DNA of 64,000 nucleotides, taken from positions 28,627,673 through 28,691,672 of the forward strand of contig OZ037766.1 of assembly GCA_964035545.1 (NCBI GenBank). Reading direction: 5' to 3'. The position numbers were made by a program, and so were the translations under genes. This stretch comes from Bugula neritina (lineage: Eukaryota; Animalia; Bryozoa). The notes beneath the pieces are model-generated. The model was not told the DNA's origin. It saw nothing but the letters and a program-made list of their open reading frames with translations, and did no database searches. Positions 58,801 to 64,000 of the stretch are shown here, one piece after another (the first letter of the stretch is position 1; every line of letters begins with the position of its first letter).

Positions 58801-61800
58801 GAAAATAAAAAAATCCAACATAATACATTGAGGTAGATGATACAGAAAGGAACTTGATATCAGACTGAAAAGAATTTTATGACTCATCTGACTGGACTGG
58901 ACCAATAGGAACACATTGGAGCATAGCGCCAGCATTCCAAAGTAAAAGGACCTAATGACTAAAACCTAAGCTAAGAAGCAAAATGAAGCAGCGCGGCGCA
59001 AACAGCCAGTTCAAAACTTGCAAAAACATCCAATAATAACAAAGCATGCGGCAACAGCAACCACCAGAGGCACATCGTAACCTTGAAAAACAGTAAGCTG
59101 TGTCTTATTGGTAGAGTTTCACTTCTAGCTCGTACATTATAGAACTTTTTAGCCTACAAAACATAGCGCAATAGTAAGCCTTGGATACTGCTAGTAGCCC
59201 AGCAGTCAACACCACCTGGTCAAATGTCCCCCACAAACTGAAATAAAATATACACAAATCTTAAAACTAAACAGGATGAAATACAACATTCTAGCAAACT
59301 ATGGTACAACTAAAACCACCAAATACACTGAACAACATAGAGCAAGCTGTTGAAATGAAAATACAAGAAACTAGCCAAAGTCTACTATAAACTGAAGGAT
59401 ACATAGAGATTACCCTGCGTAAAAGTGTCATCTAGAAAATAGCCAGGGTATCAGAGTGAATGTTGAACAAACCTACGAGAACTAATAAATCTAGGGCAAC
59501 TCTACAAAATCAAGGAATGACAAAACATTTCTAAAATTAATACGGAATTGAATTTGTAAAATGGATGAAATAAAAACTACTAGAATATTGGCTAGAAGGT
59601 ATAACACAGAAAGCTAAAAGCGGCAAGAATAAGAATGACCTTGAACTTAATAGCAAGACGGTTATTCACCACAACTCTTGGGAGCTGAAGCTAAAACCAC
59701 CACTGGTAGCCGTGGACCTAGAATATGTGCTAAAGAAAGGGTGCGTACAACATGCAAGTAAAACAAATGGTATTAAAACAGCTATGAGATGTGTTACCTT
59801 GCCTATTCGAAAACTTGAGCTCTAATGGAATAACCAAAAAAAGATAAACAATTAAGGAGTAGCCTAAAGAAATCAAAATTGGTGACAAATGCCTATATAT
59901 ATTCCGCTATGCATTTCCATAATATTCACAACTTGTACTAACTATACTATAACTGTGTCACTTGACTGTATAACTGTAACTGTGCAACTATGATTGTGCA
60001 GCTATAATTGTTTGACTCCATGTTGGAACAGATCCTGTTTTACAACACAAAAAAATATTTTTGAATCAAATGAGTTTAAAGCCTGCAGAGTTAATGGAAT
60101 AAAAAGGCTACAGATTAACAAGGGCAGTCAAAAATGTAAAACCTTGCAAAATATGTGGCAGGTTTGCTAAGTGGAGACAACACCTAAAATTAGGCTAACC
60201 TATATAGAGGTGGTACGATGAATGAGTGATGACAACTTTGTTCAAATAGCTTTCAAAATGCCCGGTTGTTGGACTGCAACTATTACACCAACATTTTATT
60301 GGTGTGGTGCCATAATTTGCTGTTGGATAAAACTTGTATTCATGTTTTTTATTTTGTCTTATTAAAACAGTAAAACCTCAAGATTATTTGACAACTTCAC
60401 ATCACCAGATTCACCATGTTTAAATTTACAAACAAAAATGCAATGGGCGTGTCCCCGTCAATGTGAGCCAGCCCCATCTTATCTACACCATCACCTCTAG
60501 AGCATGTTTTTAGAAAAGCTAATTCACCGTAATGTGCATCTTTAGACTTGACAAAATGAGAATATCTACATAAACTAGACACATTATAGAGGGCCAAGGT
60601 GACACGTGTCACAAGGTGTGTGCAATCTACCTGCTATTATATTAATGATGATGTTTATTGGAAAAAGTTATTATGGTAATACTGATAAGTACAGAAAATA
60701 ATACAGAATGTCGAGTAATATGTTTTCATAGTAAAAACTGATACATGTATCCGCAATGTATAGGATGGCAAGCGTACGGGGCTGGCTAGAAATGCACTAA
60801 AAGGCAATCTTACAACTTTAGAGTAGAATTAACCCCCAACTAATCTCAAACCAGTAATTCTAACGCTTTCAAATTCCAAACAAAAATACGAGTCTTGGAA
60901 ATGTGTGTTCAACATGCATGAAGCTCTAATATTGAAAACTTATAAGATTGTCTCACTTTCCTTCCCAAAATACCTTTCTGAAATTACAAAAATTCAGTTG
61001 TATAACCAGTGATGCTATGACGGGGTCTACTAAAACAGTCTAAGGCTAAACAGTGCTGATAGCATATCCACTATACCCCATGGCAACCAATTGGATAAAC
61101 TGCAACTATACAAGTGGTGGTGGTGGTAACAGCAAATGAAACTAAGCTAGCACGATGTGGAAATCAAAATGATCTACTCAACAAGATACTGAAGGTCCTA
61201 GTGCATAAGTAAGTGCAGATACATGGCAAGGGTTATATATGTACACAAAAACAGCCCATTACTTACCCTTCCACCAAATATTCCAGCTAATCTGCCTTTT
61301 TCTTTCTTTTTAGGCCCCTTAGTAGTGCCAGCACTAGACTTTATCGTTGGTTCTCTTGTCTAATGGTAACAGATGATGGTTAAACAGCGTACAATGCAAC
61401 AGCAAGATTGAAATGGATATACAATAATAAGCTACAGACACATAACCTATATTGAGGAAAAAGTAAATATATATACAGTTACTGGTAGTATATCTTCAGG
61501 AAAAAGTAAATACATACAGTTACTGGTAGTATATCTTCAGGAAAAAGTAAATATATACAGTTACTGGTAGTATATCTTCAGGAAAAAGTAAATATATATA
61601 CAGTTACTGGTAGTATATCTTCAGGAAAAAGTAAATATATACAGTTACTGGTAGTATATCTTCAGGAAAAAGTAAATATATACAGTTACTGGTAGTATAT
61701 CTTCAGGAAAAAGTAAATATATACAGTTACTGGTAATATACTTCCAGGAACAAGTAAATATATACAGTTACTGGTAGTATATCTTCAGGAAAAAGTAAAT

Positions 61801-63243
61801 ATATACAGTTACTGGTAATATACTTCCAGGAACAAGTAAATATATACAGTTACTAGTAATAGTTGAGAACTGAACCCAGTCAGTTAGAAAGTTGAAGATA
61901 AGTTAAAAGGAGGTCAGAATGAGAACGACTGACAGCCGAGAGTCAAGCTGTTCAGACAGTGTGTTAATGAGTCAGCAAATTAGAAACCAACCTTTGAAGA
62001 GTTTGACGAGCCGATGGACTTTGTGTCTTCGTTACCCAAGTCTTCGAAGGCAATATCATCCGGTGGAACAAATCCAGACTTAAAACGGTCTATCACTCTC
62101 CTGGAGTCCTAGAACAGAGGAGGGGAGCTAGATAGTCGTGTCACCATCAGGTGTCAATGCATGTATGTATGTATGTATTACGAAGGAATGAATATCGAGA
62201 CGCCACATAATTTTAGTGAAACAAATCAAGCCAGAAACTGAAACAGTTCTAGAACTCTGTTTTTACGAACTCTACAAAGCCATTTGGACATCTGCCCTAC
62301 ACCAGGGACACGTCACGAATACTCTACACAAGTAACGGATACTCTACACACTCACCTCTCCGTGGTCTACCTTCTCACTCGACTGACTGATTAGATCGAG
62401 GCAAGTGTTTATTATAGGCTGTATCCCCCTTTCCACATCAGACATCTGTTTTATAGACTCTCTTATTTTTATTATTCTTTTTTCATCAAGTTCCTGCATC
62501 GACTGTACAAAACAATTTTAAACAATATTTCAAGAAGTGGATGGAGGTTGCAGGTGTGTAGATGTCTTACACTGTAGCATTTACTACATGATAATCACCA
62601 CTCAACCTGGTAGGCTACTATGTTCTACTTCTAGTACTTGGGTGTCCGCAACATCTGGTCTTCCCCTCTCTCCCCCCACTAATACCCCCTCTGTCTCCCT
62701 GTCTCTCACCCCACTAATACCCCCTCTGTCTCCCTCCACTACCCCCTCTTTCCCCTACCCTCCTCTCTCCTACCCCCTCCTCTCTCCTACCCCTCCCACT
62801 AAACCTCTCTCCAACCCCCCCTCTCTCCTACCCCCTCCCATTAACCCTCCTTTCTCCCACCCCCTCCCACTAACCCTCCTCTCTCTGACCCCCTCCCACT
62901 AACCTCCTCTCTCCTACCCCCACCCTCTCTTCTAGCCCCCCCCCACTAACCCCCTTTCTCCTACCCCCTCCCACTAACCCTCTCTTTCTCCTACCCTGCT
63001 TTCACTGACCTGGAAGACCTGTGGTAGGAGTTTGTTGTAATAATCTCTCTGGTGATTGTTGGTCTGCTCAAGGACCAGGGCGTAGCTAGATTTGCATTCG
63101 CTGCAGGCCTGTGCTTTCTGGTGCATCATGTTTTTCGTTTTCTCGACTTCAGCTCGAGACAGATTGAGGTTGGCATCAGCATTTCTGAACGTCTCTTCAG
63201 CCCGAACCTGTTCCTGGAACGCCCTTTCGTATCTCCTTTTAGC
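52885..63243 (-). CDS. FNBP1L: FNBP1L/FNBP1/CIP4 (TOCA family) F-BAR-HR1-SH3 protein, 5'-truncated by the window edge
   Basis: Core exons (minus): 63243-63010, 62502-62356, 62108-61992, 61359-61267, 57338-57223, 56895-56763, 56415-56301, 55426-55369, 54589-54509, 53268-53168, 53033-52885 (TAG). F-BAR motifs ADANLNLSRAEVEK, MQELDEKRI and FKSGFVPPDDIAFED. EDFSHLPPQQQKK leads into HR1 (KMQGVYQTNPQLGD). SH3 is ALYPFQ...DNGDGWTRIR...EGFVPTTY. The symbol is used at family level. Confidence 0.92.
55481..55962. repeat. 24-bp minisatellite (ggtagagaagtggtactgagaggt)n
   Basis: About 20 copies; explains the two spurious periodic ORFs here. Confidence 0.95.
56550..56758. repeat. 19-bp minisatellite (gtagagatgtaagtactac)n starting at a splice donor
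   Basis: About 11 copies, contiguous with the minus-strand donor GAG|gtaagt at 56762. Confidence 0.95.
57896..58045. repeat. 20-bp minisatellite (agttgacctagatagtagca)n
   Basis: About 7 copies. Confidence 0.95.
58774..58794 (-). CDS. Candidate 21-nt micro-exon GNSIKHR (F-BAR gene)
   Basis: ttttattttcatgcag|GGAAATTCTATAAAACACAGG|gtaagg, phase 0/0. Confidence 0.7.
59082..59153 (-). CDS. Candidate 72-nt cassette exon AKKFYNVRARSETLPIRHSLLFFK (F-BAR gene)
   Basis: tgttttgtag|GCT...AAG|gttacg, open in phase 0/0. Confidence 0.55.
59414..59431 (-). CDS. Candidate 18-nt micro-exon MTLLRR (F-BAR gene)
   Basis: ctattttctag|ATGACACTTTTACGCAGG|gtaatc, phase 0/0. Confidence 0.6.
59798..59821 (-). CDS. 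Candidate 24-nt micro-exon SSSFRIGK (F-BAR gene)
   Basis: ttttttggttattccattag|AGCTCAAGTTTTCGAATAGGCAAG|gtaaca, phase 0/0. Confidence 0.65.
60957..60977 (-). CDS. Candidate 21-nt micro-exon KGILGRK (F-BAR gene)
   Basis: tttttgtaatttcag|AAAGGTATTTTGGGAAGGAAA|gtgaga, phase 0/0. Confidence 0.65.
61455..61860. repeat. About 41-bp minisatellite (ggaaaaagtaaatatatacagttactggtagtatatcttca)n
   Basis: About 9-10 copies with variable TA length. Confidence 0.95.
62660..63000. repeat. C-rich degenerate repeat (cccactaaccc/ctctctcctaccc), G-rich on the transcribed strand
   Basis: Repeated ccctcccactaa and ctctctcctacccc motifs immediately after the donor at 63009. Confidence 0.85.
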
Positions 63244-63827
63244 CTACGACATTGCAACATACAATGATGCAAACTAGAGCACCAACATCTAGTTAGACTT
63301 GCCTAATTAGAGAAAGTCATCATTAAAATGGTGGTTTTGATAAAATATAACTTGTCAAGGGTGAATGAATATGATTAGAGGGACTCTGTGCCAGGACAGC
63401 CATTGTTTGATAACATATCATAAAATATACTGATTTCGCAGTCATCGGCTATTATCACCCTTTGCTATCACAGATGGGGCTGCATTGTAGGTATATGGTT
63501 GAAAGTGTATAGCAAATACAATCTGCAGCATGTTAATCCATAGGAGCCCAGTGAGATATTTCCACCTGACGCAACAATACTACACATTTGAACTAATGGA
63601 GGCCCCATGACGTCATGCAGCTGATAAGCTAACTGATATAGTTTATAGTTGGCATATATTTACATGTGACTCACCCCAACCCACCCTGTTACCCTTCACT
63701 GTATTTCAGTAACGCAATGTTTGCTAACTACATGAATAAGGCTATCAATGCACTAAATGAGTCATGCGTGCAACGAGTTGATTATCTAATTGCTCAAGGC
63801 AATCAATAACTGTTATAGTAATTTGTG

Positions 63828-63955
63828 AATACTATTATATGCTGTGTATGTACATATTATATGCTATGCACTGTTATATGCCATATACTATTATATGCTA
63901 TATACTATTATATGCTAAATACTATATTATATGATATATACTATGATATATGCTA
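63828..63955. repeat. About 19-bp AT-rich repeat (atactattatatgctat)n
   Basis: About 6 degenerate copies. Confidence 0.8.
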
Positions 63956-64000
63956 GTAACAACTCGCCTAGGAAATTTGCTTGCTAGGAGTCATCTTTTC

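Noticed and set aside
62537-62902. Pro-rich 121-aa ORF
   Set aside because: Antisense translation of a C-rich intronic repeat.

Overview
AT-rich, intron-dense animal genomic DNA; an invertebrate source is my inference from composition and gene style. I rebuilt four spliced protein-coding genes by hand, checking GT-AG sites and reading phase exon by exon. (1) A + strand MTUS1/MTUS2-like coiled-coil microtubule protein, CDS 2992-16397, about 904 aa. (2) A - strand glypican, 41047-17871, 604 aa, with 14 Cys, an SGSG heparan-sulfate site and a GPI signal. (3) A - strand CNDP2 dipeptidase, 49600-42336, 477 aa. (4) The 3' part of a - strand FNBP1L/CIP4/TOCA-family F-BAR-HR1-SH3 gene, from beyond 63243 to 52885. 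The introns hold a 1.66-kb non-autonomous hAT element with TIRs and an 8-bp TSD, a tRNA-derived SINE with a 17-bp TSD, and many minisatellites; a tRNA-like cloverleaf lies upstream of the first CDS. The most interesting signals concern splicing. CNDP2 has a duplicated exon pair separated by only 35 nt (probably mutually exclusive) that swaps a loop predicted to lie near the active site. The F-BAR gene has a battery of frame-preserving basic micro-exons, one carrying an Akt/14-3-3 consensus. Unrelated minisatellites repeatedly abut or supply splice sites. No prokaryotic features or CRISPR arrays were found, and most ORFs in the supplied track are repeat or antisense artefacts. All splice models are predictions without transcript data.
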